A stretch of 63,960 nt of DNA, counting the filler, from Perkinsus olseni (lineage: Eukaryota), in NCBI GenBank assembly GCA_013115125.1. It is 3 parts of 3 records of this genome, joined end to end, with 100 filler letters (N's around TTAATTAATTAA, not from the genome) between each part and the next. Parts side by side here need not be neighbours in the genome. Positions count along the whole stretch, not along the records: positions 1 to 22,746 come from JABANN010000532.1; 2 more parts are not named here. The stretch is one strand, 5' to 3'. Both the position numbers and the translations under genes were made by a program. Positions 1 to 14,399 of this stretch are shown piece after piece. Within the stretch, counting starts at the first letter, position 1, and every line of letters starts with the position of its first letter. The notes beneath the pieces were generated by a model. The model made no database searches. It saw nothing but the letters and a program-made list of their open reading frames with translations, and had not been told where the DNA came from.

Positions 1-751
1 ACTGTTCTCAGTATCACTCAATTTTTATCCCTCACTATGATGATTCTTGCACTCCTATTGATATCTTGTATATTTCTCATTCGCCCTAACGAAACGGCTA
101 GAAGCGTTTCGTGGGGTACTGCAATCAACTACTGCGACCAACTACTATTGTTATTAATCTGTCATCATTCACTCACCATGGTTTCGGGTTCATCAAACAA
201 CACAGGGTCTTCATGGAACTACAACAATCTGCCTGCCTGGCGGGCACATTGTAGCTTCTCCACAGTTCTAAAACCCGGTCTGAATGATGCGAATGGGTGA
301 TTCTCGCAGAATGAGATATCGCTTCGGGAAAACGCCTGGGCGAAGAATGTTGGTATCAACGGCATCCAAAAAATTATTTTGTGGTTGATGGGCCACTGGA
401 TACAATGTATCCGATACATCTTCTATTGCCTTCGGTTCTTTCAACGTCCTTGTTGCCAACACATCACCGGCACCGATACAGCTGAGGAGCTACGAGCTCA
501 TTGGCCGGATTGTTAATAGTGGTGCTGAGAATCTCTCTCAATTACAGGAGAGAGGAGAGATAGAGGAGACACCGATACAGAGTATGCAGCTTTAGTACTG
601 AGGGCGTATTTTAGCTACGCGGGACATAATCGAGGTGTCATCATGTAACCGTTAAATTAGTATCGCTTCCGAGTGCATGGTCCTCAGGTTGGCCTTCTCT
701 ATGTAACTGAGCCTCTGTGATTAAGCAGTTGATATCTTTGACCTATTTTAA

Positions 752-1534
752 ATGAATCATCACGTAGGTTATCGACAACATCATCACTACGTGAGGCTTA
801 CCTCGAGCAAGAGCGTCTGTGTTGGATCCTTCCTGGGTTTATCCACCTTATTAATACTAACATTATTGCTTTCATCATCCTTTGATCATGCAGGCTATCC
901 CGTGGCTACCAATGATGATGTATCGGTAGATACCATAACGATGGTCGTTGATGTGGAACCAAGCAGTATGAAGTATCCTTATTCTCATGATACTTTTGTC
1001 TTGGTTCATAACAATGCAACATGCGCTCACGTGAGGCGTATACTCAAACAGATTACCGTTGATCATCACGCTAATCCTGGGAATGTTGATGATGATGCCT
1101 ACCATCTTGCAATAAAATCCCCAAAGGGATGCTTTGATTACTGTCACAGCACTTACAGCTGTGAGGCATTCGTGTATATTAAAGATAGATTATGTGAACT
1201 GTATGATGGTGAATGTCCCTATCCTATAAGACGTGATAACAATAAGGACATCGATACTGTGGTCCCATTGCATAATTTTGGTGATTTATATAGACGTAGT
1301 ACTCTGGGTAGCATAGGATTGGGCATAGAATGATGTAGTTATTATCCTCAGGAGTTGATGGTGCAAGGCGGCCTATCAATGGTATAGTGCTATATTGTCC
1401 ATGTAGAGGTTGCAAACCTAATAAATGTTTCAGGTAATAGTACTCAACCTGACAGCTTGTATTATTCTCAGACGTGTCAATCATGTATCATTCTTTTCCA
1501 GCTTACCTGATAGAAGATGTATCCTATCAACGCG

Positions 1535-1565
<31 letters not shown>

Positions 1566-2784
1566 ACTTCTACTCATAGGGGTATATCTGCTGATGTAGT
1601 CTACACATGGGTTAATTATAGTGACCCAAGATGGCAGAAACGATGGGGAGGAAAGGATGCTAAAGGACTTGGTAATGACTACTACCACAACAACAACAAC
1701 AACAGTGGGGGTGTCTTGATGATGATGATGCTGTTAGGTTGGCGTAATTGGAGATCATTAACATCTCTTGAAAATACATTCAATGAGCTTCGTTGGGCAA
1801 TGAGGGGTTTACAGTATAATGGTAATAATAATAATCACTACGACCGCTGTTAGTTGATAGTACCCTCATAAATACTGCCATACAGCGTGTTTATTAGAAG
1901 AGGCAGGCTGATAATATAATCATCATGCTCATCATCATCACCATTATCATCATCATCATTATCATCATCATCATCAGGTGCATTGATGTTATCATCAGCT
2001 AGCGGTGATAATAAGAGGTCAAATACTCGTGATGGATTCATAAAGGATATTTATATTGTATATGCTGATGATGTTAATAATCCACCTCATTATTTACGTC
2101 AACGTCAGCAGTATTCTAATGGTAATAACAATAATCCCCGACTAACGCAAAGCACTCATTGTTATTATTATCAGAAGAAGGAGTACATATGATCGGTCAC
2201 TCTAATATAATGGATAACAGAACATATCCGGGGGTTATACCATCTAATAACAGAGTGGCTATAAGATTATCAACAGCTAATATACCTAATATATCTAACT
2301 GGTAATAATAATAATACCACTACTACAACTATTCATGCTCTGCTGCTTCTTGTTATAGCTTGTCCATGCTTCCAGGTACTTGGCAATGGATGATGATATA
2401 TTTTTGGCTTCTAAGTTGAAGTTAGACTATCTCTTCGATGCAGCAGCAGCAGAAGCATCGTCGTCGTCGTCGCATAGTGGTAAACCACCACATATTGGTT
2501 ATATGGAGGCGCCACCTCGGAAATGCCCGAAATCAGTAACTAACGGTGGCCATAAGAAAAAGAAGATGAGTAGATACGAAGCATCGTCGTGTAACGGTGA
2601 CAGGATAATACGGGAATATTTTGGTATTCATAAGACTATGGGTGAAACTGATCATATACCCGTATGGGTCAATAAATGCATGTAATAGTATAGACATCAT
2701 CATCATCATTGACAATAATAGTGATAGTATCGTACGTGTCATACTATCGTAGTCGTACTATCATTATGATGATGATGATGATGC

Positions 2785-2824
<40 letters not shown>

Positions 2825-3519
2825 CAGATACAATGCTGGTAGTAGAGTATTTAATGATACAGGAGAAGCATGGAGAGGTTCAATGACATCTGTTATTAAT
2901 CCAACTAATGTTCAATGGAATAGTTTTAATAATAATCTATTATATTATCTCGGTCTTCTGCGTCTTAAAGCAACAACACCTTCGAAGTAGTAGTAATATT
3001 ATTACTACTACTAATCATCATTGTTATTATCAGGTTCAAGTATGAGATACATTCCAATACCCCATCATTATGTCAACATACCGCTCCTACTGATGATTAT
3101 GATGGATACGCAAGAGCAATGATATTAGGGGATCCTAACAAGGTAATGCCCCCTGTACTGTCGATTATATAACAACAACAACCGCGGCCTTTCTCCTCCT
3201 CCTCCTCCTCCTCCTCCTCCTCCTCCTCCTCAGTTTAGACATGAGTATCCATTATGAAGTGTTCATTAGTTGCTGTTGTTGTTGTAGGCACAGTCATTAT
3301 TAGACGATATGTTATTCACATCATCTAGTCAGTGGGTGAATATACAAGGACCAGGATATTCTGATGAATATGATCCGTGTCCACAGTTCCGTAGAATGGT
3401 ATTCAACAATCTATTGAAAGTAATACTATCACAATGTAACCATCATCATCATCAGCACCACTACTTTTAAGGCCTTCCCGAAGATGTCATCCTACGAGGT
3501 CAATGACTTTCACCAATAA
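752..3519 (+). CDS. Stealth-family phosphotransferase (GNPTAB/CpsY-like) with N-terminal hydrophobic anchor and PAN/apple-like domain; multi-exon
   Basis: Stealth CR1 DVVYTWVNYSDPRW; CR2 NELRWAMRGL...YPSNNRVAI..STANIPNISNWYLAMDDDIFL; CR3-like DHIPVWVNK; C-terminal FPKMSSYE. Cys pattern CFDYCHSTYSCEAFVY...CELY upstream; first exons join in frame through GT-AG introns. Confidence 0.8.
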
Positions 3520-3676
3520 TGCTATCACATCATGTACCCTATCATCATCATCTACCGATTATTATATAACTGCTCTCCATGCTCTGCATGTACCCTTTCC
3601 TCATCATAATCATTTCGTTATCAGTAGTATATCAATGATGATGATGATAGTCTCCATTCCTGTTATTCCTTCCGTT

Positions 3677-4952
3677 ATGTCTGCTCCAACCTCCTCTTTC
3701 ACTTCACCGGTCATCATTACTCCTGCACAAGCACTGGCGTCTGCAGCTGAGTATCGCAAGTTGATGAGTTCGGGTAGTAGTAGTAAAAATAGTAGTAATA
3801 CGAAGAAGGATAGGTATGTTGATGCTACATGGTATCTGAATAGTAATAGAGATGCTGATGAGGATTATAAAATGAGAAGGATAGCTGGATCCATTCGTTT
3901 TGATATTGATAAAATACGTGATACGTCTAATGATCATGTATCATCGTTACCTCACATGCTACCTTCATCTCATGCTGTTAATCAATGGTTACGTGATAAT
4001 AAGGTAATAATAACAACAGTGATACTCAAGTACTGGTGTTGTTGTTCATTAGTAGTACATCATAATAACAACCATTGTTATTATTGTCAGGTTGATATCT
4101 CGAAGGAGAGGTTAGTAGTATATACTCATCCTGGTAGTTGTGCTGGACCCAGAGTATGGTGGATGTTCACCCTTTATGGTCTAGATGCAGTGTAATAATA
4201 ATAACATTAGCCACTACTACTGGACTACTTCTAATAGATACCTTCAAGGGGGTTTAATAGCATGGGAAGCTGCTGACGGTGATGTCGAATGGGGTTGGAA
4301 TGATAATGATGACTCTGCTGCTGCTGATGATGGTGGTGTTGTTGTTGGATCATCAGCATCATTAATAGATGAAGCATCGGCCAATGATGCAGTAAAAGAA
4401 TATGTTGCTACGTTACAGTATATCAATGATACTAATAATAATAATGATGATATCATAATAGATGCTAGGCCTGCTGATAGATTCAATGGTAATAATATCT
4501 TCATAATCTGTAAGCAATAATAATCATATTTACTATCGTTTTTGGTCAGGTGTCGCACCCGAACCTAGACCAGGCCTTAGGAGAGGTCATATCCCAGGTT
4601 CTATCAATATCCCATTCACTAGTGTATTACAACCTGATGACCCTACATCATTCAATATGGATAAGATACTCAATGATGATAATAATACAAAGGTATCTTC
4701 ATTATTGAGGGAGGATAAGAAGTTGAAGATATTTACATGTGGAAGTGGCGTGAGTGCTGCTGTAGTATTATTGGCTGATCGTATTGCTAATAATACTAGA
4801 TCATTGAAGGGAACCAAACTGTAATAATAATAACAACAGTAAGTGTCCTCGCAACACCACTTATGGTTATTACTAGATACGATGGTAGCTGGTCGGAGTG
4901 GGGTAATCCTTCTAGTAACACCCCGGTCGAGTCTACGACAGATAATCAATAA
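3677..4952 (+). CDS. MPST: 3-mercaptopyruvate sulfurtransferase / rhodanese (two-domain), multi-exon
   Basis: DATWYL, RFDID, LPHMLPS, RVWWMF, DARPADRFNG, PEPRPGLRRGHIPGSINIPF, active-site loop CGSGVSA, YDGSWSEW. Confidence 0.92.
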
Positions 4953-5061
4953 TACTCTTGTGTTGTAGGACTTTTCCCGTTCATACTTATCATAATGTTG
5001 CGTTATCAACCTCAACTCGGCAGTAGCTTTCCTACAGAAAATACCATTCAAAATGATTCAT

Positions 5062-6288
5062 TCATCTTGGATTATTTATTTTGATTAAAAGATCGGGACG
5101 ATTCGTACCTGTAACAATAGTGTAATGATAGTAGTAGATAATTACTATTACATAGAACATCCACTCCAATGGGAGGAATCCCATCATTATGGACTTCTAC
5201 ACTCATCAACTTGTTAAGTAATAATTTAATATTATCCATACTATCATCCCTGATGAAGCCTTTGGATGGTATCTATCCTTAATAATTATAATTATTATTT
5301 TTGTCGTCGTTACCGTAGGGAACCACACCATAACATCAAGACCTTCCTTTTTAGCCTCGTTTACATGATTTCGTGTTATACCTAAAATAATAACAATAAT
5401 GCAGGTTCCTCACTTGTCGTGTTGGGTATCATCATCATCACATTCAGAACATATGTTAATACTATCTCCCTTCACTTTAGTATATCCCTCATCATCCATC
5501 CATGTTACATAATCTATTGGTAATGGTATCCTCATATCTTCGTTCTCCTTCACACCTGATAATAATCATCATCCTGCTGCTGATGCTGATGCTGATGCTA
5601 GTCATCCTACTGTACTAGTATTACGGTTATTATATATGGTACCAATAGGTATGGTAGGTCTGGCACTTCTAACATACCGTAATATATCACGATTAAATGA
5701 TGATACACGTATAATGATATTATTATCATAGAACATCCCTTGGTATTTGTCCAAAACTTGTAGAATGATATGAACCCTATCATTCAACGAAGGTTGGGTA
5801 CACAATGATAAGGACGACGACCTGATACATTACAAAGTGTATAATGATCACATCTTTTACTACCCTGTAGTTGTTGGATACTTAATCTCAACGTTTATAG
5901 CATGTAAGACATGACTGTTCTCCGGTGTTGTTGTTGTTGTTGTTGGTATTAGAACCTCAGTGATGGTATTCAACATATCATCTAATGTTGGTATATGATG
6001 TCCATCTCCAATATCAATACATTTAACCTGAAATAGGAGTAGACGACGAGCTGCTGCTGCTGCTGTTGATGATAATAATAATACATCTTTCCATAATTTA
6101 TCCTCAACACCATGACCATCATGAAACCCTTCTGGTCCATGGCTCACTACAGCAACACCATCTAATGTAACTATAACAACAACAAGAACAACTAGTACTA
6201 CTACTACTTCTACCACTACTAACATCACCTCTTGCATCAAACTCGATACTCAGTGGTACTATATTATTATTGGTAATATGTCCTTCAT

Positions 6289-6364
<76 letters not shown>

Positions 6365-6519
6365 CTTCTTATTTACTGTTCTGAATACATCATGTATAAC
6401 ATGTATCTAAACAGTGGTGTATATTAATTATTACATAGTATTATTATTACTGCCGATAATGTGTTGAAGTACGGGCTCAGATCACCGCATATACGATGAC
6501 CTTGAACTTCAACAACCAT
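5062..6519 (-). CDS. Glycerophosphodiester phosphodiesterase (GDPD) family protein, multi-exon
   Basis: VEVQGHR, SIEFDA, TLDGVAVVSH, IPTLDDML, INVEIK, VSSFNRDIL, VMVW, GVDVLCTNRPD. Confidence 0.85.
6290..6364. repeat. (GTT)n microsatellite
   Basis: Direct reading. Confidence 0.95.
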
Positions 6520-6749
6520 AACTCAACTTATTATTATTCACAGTCCATCATGACATCTTGCACGCTTACAATGTCTTGGACTTCCTCCACGTAATAAACC
6601 ATCTACATGGTACTACAGTAACGGTGCAGTGTTCATGTTGAACCCTCGTGAGAATCATGACGTTAGCTGCTTCTGTCTTGAGGGGTGATCCTCATCCATC
6701 TGTAGTTTTATACAAGTAGTCATCATCCACTACTGCTAACAGCGTCATC

Positions 6750-7744
6750 ATGATGTTGTTGTGTATGATGATCATCAGCAGCATACTGGCAGTCTTGGTA
6801 GTATCATCAGATGGTACGGATACTATTATTACATGTGGTAGTGTTGTTAAACTAGAGTCATTGTCTACGAAGGTAATATAATAATGTTGATCTACTTATG
6901 TATAGTAGTAGGATCCATGCTCTTCGATGATCAGGATGATGCTGTTGTACATGATCATTATTACCTGAGGTCCAGTGGTATATCGTGGGGTTCTGGTGCT
7001 GGACAACAGATAGTAACGGTAAGAAAGGATGATAACCAAGGAGCAGGGGATTCGAGAAGTAGTAATGGTACTACTAGTAGCCATATGAGTATTACTATCA
7101 TTATATAGGTACTAATGATGCATATTGGTTAGTGGAAGGACCCTCCTCCTCATCATCATCATGTGTTAGTGGTGATAATATCAAATGTGGATCTATCATT
7201 AGATTGAAGCATGTATCGACTAATAAATACCTTCACAGTCATAGGTAATAATACTGAGGAATGATGATGTATCTTAGTAACCATTGGTAGGGATATATCT
7301 AATTTATCGGGGCAACAAGAAGTGACTGGTTATGATGGTGGTGATGATGGTGATGATTGGATAATAGATTGTATCACAAAAACTGGGGTAGTAGATGATG
7401 ATGATCATTGGTTGTATAACACAGCAATATCATTACGCCATAGAACTACTGGTAATAATAATAGTAATATCATCACAACTGCTGCTATGGTGGTGATGTT
7501 GGTAATAGGTAAATATCTAACATCATCATCCAAGTATCAATATCATGAGGGTAACTGTCCAGGATGCCCTATCATAGGGGATAGAGAGGTGGCATGTGGT
7601 AGTAGTAGTAGTAGTAGTAGTAGTAGTAAGGATAATGAATGGAAGGTAGCAGGGGGTATGATAATAACACAACAGACATCAGATGAAGGGGATGATAATA
7701 ACGATAATGATGAAGGGAAGTCTATGAAAGAGGAGGAACTGTGA
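6750..7744 (+). CDS. SDF2: SDF2/SDF2L1-like MIR-domain ER protein, multi-exon
   Basis: Signal peptide, then ITCGSVVKLE, YLRSSGISWGSGAGQQIVT, CGSIIRLKHVSTNKYLHSH, NLSGQQEVTGYDGGDDGDDW; ends in EEEL (ER-retention-like). Confidence 0.88.
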
Positions 7745-7882
7745 GATGATGGGCAATGGTGATACCAGTAGTACCACCGTTTTTATTATGTACAATCGTA
7801 TCAGCCGCAAAAGTCTTCCTGTTGTTGTGTTATCATCATTAGTAGTAGTTGTGAAGTAGTATTACTACGTCATACAAGCTAG

Positions 7883-7922
<40 letters not shown>

Positions 7923-8163
7923 GCTCAAAATAATACGGATAGGTTATACAGGAGAAGGCCCCACTACTGATGATACGGTTTCGATAATCTCGGTATAGAT
8001 GTCGCCTAGTGCAGTTATCATTGGCCCGCAGTGTTATTATGCGATCATCATCATGGCTATTGTCATATTAATAATACTAATCATTACTATTGTTATAGAC
8101 TATAACTTATAGTCGAGTTTTGTCTAGTGATGATATTAATATCATATAGTACATCATTATTTA

Positions 8164-8716
8164 ATGGCACAAACAGAAGCTAACAGGAGGAGGCAGCAGG
8201 GTGGTAGTACAACTACAACTACTACCACCCCTACTACCACTACTCTCACTACCGGTCCTGACGGTAATCTTGAGCCCTCTACCATTCCTTCTAGTGCTGC
8301 TGCTGCTGCTTGTTGTTGTTGGTGGTTTATTGACAATAATAAGGGTGGTAGACAACACTTGAGGGGTCCTTATACTGTATCACAGATGGGTGTGTTGTTC
8401 GATGTTGGCACATTAACAGATATAACACAAGTAATGCTCTTCACTACTTCTTCTTATTTTCTATGATAATAATAATAACAATGGTTATAGGTATGGAAAG
8501 CACCTGATGGTGAGTGGAGAGCATTGAAACAGGCTAAAGATTTAATACAGGATATGGATACACAAGTAGCTGATGATAAGATTCAGGAGGAGAAGAAGCA
8601 GGGAGAACAGCAACAGCAGCAGCAAAGGTTACCTCTCGATAAGGTACTAATGTATTCTCGCGACCCTTGTCATTCCTATCAACGTATCATCATCATCATC
8701 GTCCTACTTCTGTTCG

Positions 8717-8784
<68 letters not shown>

Positions 8785-10800
8785 AGATACCATCCACAGA
8801 GATACGGCAGTGCACGTCGTGTATAACAGCACAAAGGGAGGGTTATTGTGATTTAACCTATTTCTGGGATAGACCCAATAAGGTAGTAGTAGTAGTAGTA
8901 CTCATTGCGATGAGTATCATCATTGTGTTGACATTAGATGTGGTTGTTGTGGGATGAATATGAGATATTATGTCGTAATACTGGTATAACGGAAGGCCTT
9001 ATCACTAATAATAAAATACTCAGAGGAGGAGGGAGGGATATCATCAGTACCGCAGGGATACAATCCAACCACGATACACGACAAAAGCAGAAGAATAATG
9101 ATAATAAAGACGCTGCTGGTGCTGCTGCTATTCACGTCCCATTGGATGATCCAGAGAAGGAGGCCAAAAGGAAGAAACGACGGGAATATCGAGCTAGGAA
9201 GAAGCTGAAACAACAGGTGATAACCATAATCATCATAATCATCCAAAAGTACTATCATTATTATTGTTGTTAATCAAATTGATTAAATTAGTACTTATTG
9301 TTCTACTTACTATTATCATCGATGAACATAATACTGATTATGATTAACAGGCTGGAATATGGAAAGCAAGAGTGAAGGAAGAGAATAATACTAGTATATA
9401 TATTAGTGGCCTGCCTGATGATTCTACCGTTGAGGAATTGTAAGTGGGACCTAGTTGGACGAGAATAAATTATATCTTATTAATTTTTATAGATACGATT
9501 TATTCACGTTAGCCGGTGCTATCAAGAGAGACCTTGAGACGGGACATTATAAAATAAAGATATACGGTTTGAATGATGATGATAAGAACAACAAAAATAA
9601 TGGGAGTAGTTGGGGTATGGAACAAGAGGAGGAGGGAGAGAAGAAGAGGGTCTCTACATCATCATCGTCATTACGTCGTACTGGTGATGCACTAATATCA
9701 TATCAATCAGTTGAATCAGTACCGATAGCTATTGATAGATATGATGATTATAAACTGAGGGAGGATTGCAGGTGATACACAACAACAACAACAGCAAAGA
9801 GTAGTAGTACTGCTATTGTTACTATTACCATAGGATACACGTAGCAAGAGCGTCGTTCGATCATCATTATGGTGACAGCACCGTCAAGCCGGATAAGGTC
9901 GATAATACGCCTGATGATGATGTTGCCAATCATTTGGATAATGATACATTAAAAGTGATGGCCAGCAGAAATAATAAAAGAAGACTAAAATTACTAGAGT
10001 TGCGGAGAAAGGAGGTGGAAGCTGCTGCTAGTTGGGAGGATGATCAGGCTGGCAGAGATAGAGCATGGAAACCTATCATAGTACTTAAAGGTACTAGTAC
10101 CGATAATGCTACCAATACTACTACTACTACTGATGAGGGCGGTGGTGGTGGTGATGTTAGGTATGTATACTGTACAAGAGGCTAACAGCGATCATGCAGA
10201 AGAGATATACGCAGCGATCAAACAGGATGTCCAATCTGGTAATAACAACAGCACTGTTAATGGTTATAATAATGATCCTAATAGTAATGATGATGATTGT
10301 GCTTTTCAGAGATGTGTAAATTTGGCGAAGTTAAGAAGGTAGTCGTCATAGAGGATTCCCTTGACGCTTATGTCTGCATCAAATTCAAGACAATGGACGA
10401 AGCGCAGAATGCAGCAGCAAATTTGGCATCCAATAATCTAACAATACCATCAACAGTAACATCATCTACAGCTGCTGTTGATCGAAAAGCTAGTGATATG
10501 TTCTTCCACGACGGCCGTGATTTGAAGTCTAGACCGATAATACCACCTCCTACCCCTTCTAATAACAGTGTTGCTGGTAGTAGTAGTAGCAGCATCAGCA
10601 ATAATACTAACAGTATTTATGATGATATTAATACCGTAACAAGAGTAACTGATGATAAGGCTACTGAGCGAGAGAAAGACTGGGAACGCTATTTGGACGG
10701 AGATGATGATTCAAGTGATGATGAAGATGAAGATGATGATGAATTTATCATACACGAAGAAGAAGGTGAAGAAGAAGATACTCTTCATCCGCCAGAATAA
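8164..10800 (+). CDS. HTATSF1: HTATSF1/Cus2/Uap2-like U2 snRNP-associated factor (GYF_2 + RRM + UHM), multi-exon
   Basis: NTSIYISGLPDDSTVEEL..LFTLAGAIKRDLETGHYKIKIY..GDALISYQSVESVPIAI; UHM EMCKFGEVKKVVV..VCIKFKT; N-terminal WWFID...GPYT...LFDVGTLTDITQVWK. Confidence 0.85.
8716..8784. repeat. (GTT)n microsatellite, intronic
   Basis: Direct reading. Confidence 0.95.
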
Positions 10801-11133
10801 CTTATTCCTATTATCATCACCATCATCATATTCTTATCATTGACGTACTTATTATTACTGTCTCAGTAGTATGCGGATTGTTGTGTTATCGCCCAGCTGT
10901 ATCCCCTGTTGTATATCGTCGTGGCCGCCGCCGCCCAGCTTATTGTGTCGAGGTGTCCCCTTCCAGGTCGTTTCTAGCTATCTGTCTCCCTTTCACCTAG
11001 TGCTGCTGTTGTTGTTGATGCTTCTCTCGTGGCTGTTATCGTTAATACTTAGTGTTGCTTTTCAGTTTTCCCTCAGTGTTATTCTCATCCCCTCCTCCTC
11101 CCCTTGTATTATCCTCACTCACCAGTAGCAAGA

Positions 11134-12635
11134 ATGACTACAGCAAGAACTGATGCTATATCATCTATGGTTGAAAGGGCAGTTGATACATCATATAGTG
11201 AAGAGAATGATGATGAGCATGCTAACCATACATCTCCCTCCTCATCATCATCAGTAGCTTCATCATTTGGTACGCATGTATTCTCTACACGTGTTATGGA
11301 GTCCAGACTACCATCACATATCTATCATCATATACTATCATGCATCAGAACACGTTGCATGATAGATGCACAAGTTGCTGATACGGTTGCATCAGCGATG
11401 AAGGATTGGGCACTACACTATGGTGCTACCCATTTTACACATGTATTCTACCCTTATACAGGATCAACTGCCGAGAAGCATGATAGTTTCATCGAACCAA
11501 GAGGTGATGGCACTGCTTTCACCAAGTTTGATGGCAAAGCCTTAATGCAAGGTGAACCAGATGCAAGTTCATTCCCTCATGGTGGTATTAGAGATACTTA
11601 CGAGGCTAGAGGCTATACAGCATGGGATGTAACATCACCTGCATATCTTATGGATAAAGGTGGTTGTTTAACATTATGTATACCAACTGCATTTGTATCA
11701 TACAATGGTGAAGTTATTGACCTTAAAACGCCTTTATTAAGATCTATGGATGCTGTATCTATCGCGGCCAAAAGATTGGTGTCACACTTTGTTGGTGATG
11801 ATGAGGATGTTGATGAAGTCGTAAGTTATGTTGGTCCCGAACAAGAGTATTTCTTGGTCGATAAGAAGTTAGCGGTATTGAGACCAGATATCATGACCTG
11901 CGGGAGGACTCTGTTCGGTGCTACACCATCTAAGACTCAGCAATTTGATGATCATTATTTCGCCTCTATACCCGATAGAGTGCTCAAGTTCATGTCGGAG
12001 ACTGAGCGAAGACTCTATACTCTCGGGGTACCTATCAAATGCCGTCATAATGAGGTGGCTCCTGGGCAGTTCGAGATAGTACCACTTTATGAAACGGCTA
12101 ATATTGCATCTGATCATCAACATTTGGTTATGCAAATATTGAGGAATACTGCAAGTAAACATGGCTTCAAATGCATGCTACATGAGAAGCCTTTTACTGG
12201 TGTTAATGGTTCTGGTAAGCATATCAATTGGAGTCTAGGAAACGCTAATCAAGGTACTACTCAGGATTGGATTAATAATAGTCTCTCGTTGTCATTGTTG
12301 TTGTTAGGTAACTTCTTCAACCCTACTGAGAACCCTGCTTCTAATACATTATTCCTCATGTTTGTATCGGCTGTCATCAGGGCAGTTGATATCCACGCTG
12401 GTTTACTCAGAGGTTGCGTTGCATCAGCTTCTAATGACTGTAGACTAGGTAATAATAATACTAACATCTTCGTTATTAATACATTCATTAATAGGTGGTG
12501 AAGAAGCGCCCCCAGCTGTTATATCAGTATATCTTGGTGATCAGCTTGGTGATGTATTTGATCAAATCAAGCATAGTGTACCTGCTCATGAAAGGAATGG
12601 TTCGGGTGATTTCACATTAGAGACCAGAGTAAGTC

Positions 12636-12697
<62 letters not shown>

Positions 12698-13716
12698 GAG
12701 CCTCATGATCGCTACTACCTATTATTCTTATCATACTCAGGTAAGACGTAGTTCCCTCTCATTGGGTGCTAGTACTCTTCCTGATATCAATAAAGATGCT
12801 GGTGATCGTAATCGTACAAGTCCTTTTGCTTTTACCGGCAATCGTTTCGAGTTCCGTGCTGTTGGATCTGAACAATCCCTTGCTCCTGCTACCATCGTAC
12901 TCAATACTATCATGGCAGAGAGTCTTGATGTGCTCACTGATATGCTGGAGGAACGTTTACATTCTAAGCAACACCCTGCTACAGCCTTAGAGTATGCCGC
13001 TAAGGCCGTTATACGGGATAATTATCGTGAGCATGGCCGTGTGGTATTCAATGGTGATGGTTATTCTGATGCATGGAAGGCCGAGGCACATAGACGTGGT
13101 CTTAAAAATCTAACTCAAGCTCCCCAAGCTATAGCGGAATATGGTGCACCCGAGACTATAGAAATGTTTGAGAAGTGCAGTGTGCTCAGTGAGAGCGAGC
13201 TAATGGCCCAAAAGGAGGTATTCCTGGATAAGTACACTAAGAAGGTCGGTGTCGAGGTTAACTGTGCTTTGAGGATGGTACGTAGTACGATATTACCGGT
13301 TTGTCGTCGTTATCAATCACAATTGGCCCAAGATGTTATTAATGTGAAGGAAGCACTCGGTGTTGAATCCGCTGCTGCTACTGCTAAGGATGAATTGATA
13401 GATCTTACCAACACTATTGATGATATGTGTGATAGAACGAGACATCTTGAGAAGGAGAGGGATGCTCTACAGGATGATGATGATGATGATGATGATGAGA
13501 TGGCACGTGCAGAGTAAGTCAGCTCCTCTTCGTGATGCTCTAGTCTTCCCTCGAAGATGACCAATTATCGCTATATTATCATTGTTCAGATTCGCTGCAG
13601 AGCATTTGGTGCCTTCCCTAGAGGCTTTGCGTGAACCAGTCGATCAATTGGAGACTATCGTCTCCAATGATATGTGGCCTTTACCTACTTATCAAGAGTT
13701 ACTTCATATGAAGTAA
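11134..13716 (+). CDS. glnN: Glutamine synthetase type III
   Basis: [119 protein letters not shown]; four short introns. Confidence 0.95.
12635..12697. repeat. (CAA)n microsatellite in a GSIII intron
   Basis: Direct reading. Confidence 0.95.
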
Positions 13717-14399
13717 TCCTAGGCTGCTCATGCTGCTGCTGTTGTAATGTTTATGTCACTTTGTTTTCTACAGATCTTCTACTGCACCATAGCCTTACTA
13801 CTAGTGGTTCTCTTCGATATAATATCGTCGGTTGTTCTGCTGTAGTAGCTATCGGTATTTTACTATCTTTGTCGTTCTCGTCGTAAAGGTATATTCTTCA
13901 TGAGTTTTCCGTACTGGAAAAGGTCGACGTTCCCGCAGCGTACAATCGTATTCGCTGCTGCAGGTTTGGTAGTCCTCTCACTGTGGGTCCGTCATCCTTA
14001 TCGTCATGTTGTCAATACCTTACCATCAATACCTTTTTCTGCATTGTCTTTTCCCGACGTTCGCGGAGTTCGCCGCCGTACGGTGTCATCGATTGTTGAG
14101 TTTTCGTCAAGTTCGGAGGGGAAGATATTAGTTAATTTATCGGGATACATAGAAGCCGCAGCGAGGGTGAAAGAAGTTAAATACGCATTTATTGTCCTGG
14201 CGCTAGTATTGTCTTGAAAAGCTTTCCCTCACACTATAACTCAATAATGCTTCTCGTTGCAACGATAAATCATGCTGCATGTGTCAGCAGGGGTGTGGTA
14301 GCAATACGGACGGTATATGTGGTCTACGAAGTCTCGAGAGGTGTATATCATGCCGGATCTGATGATGATCGATGATATACCTCCTACCTAATCATCATA

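Noticed and set aside
37-520. Short overlapping ORFs at the window start
   Set aside because: No recognisable motif or consistent exon structure.
2709-2990. Poly-Met/Val/Ser ORF segments throughout the AT-rich part
   Set aside because: Translations of intronic GAT/GTT/TCA microsatellites, not protein.
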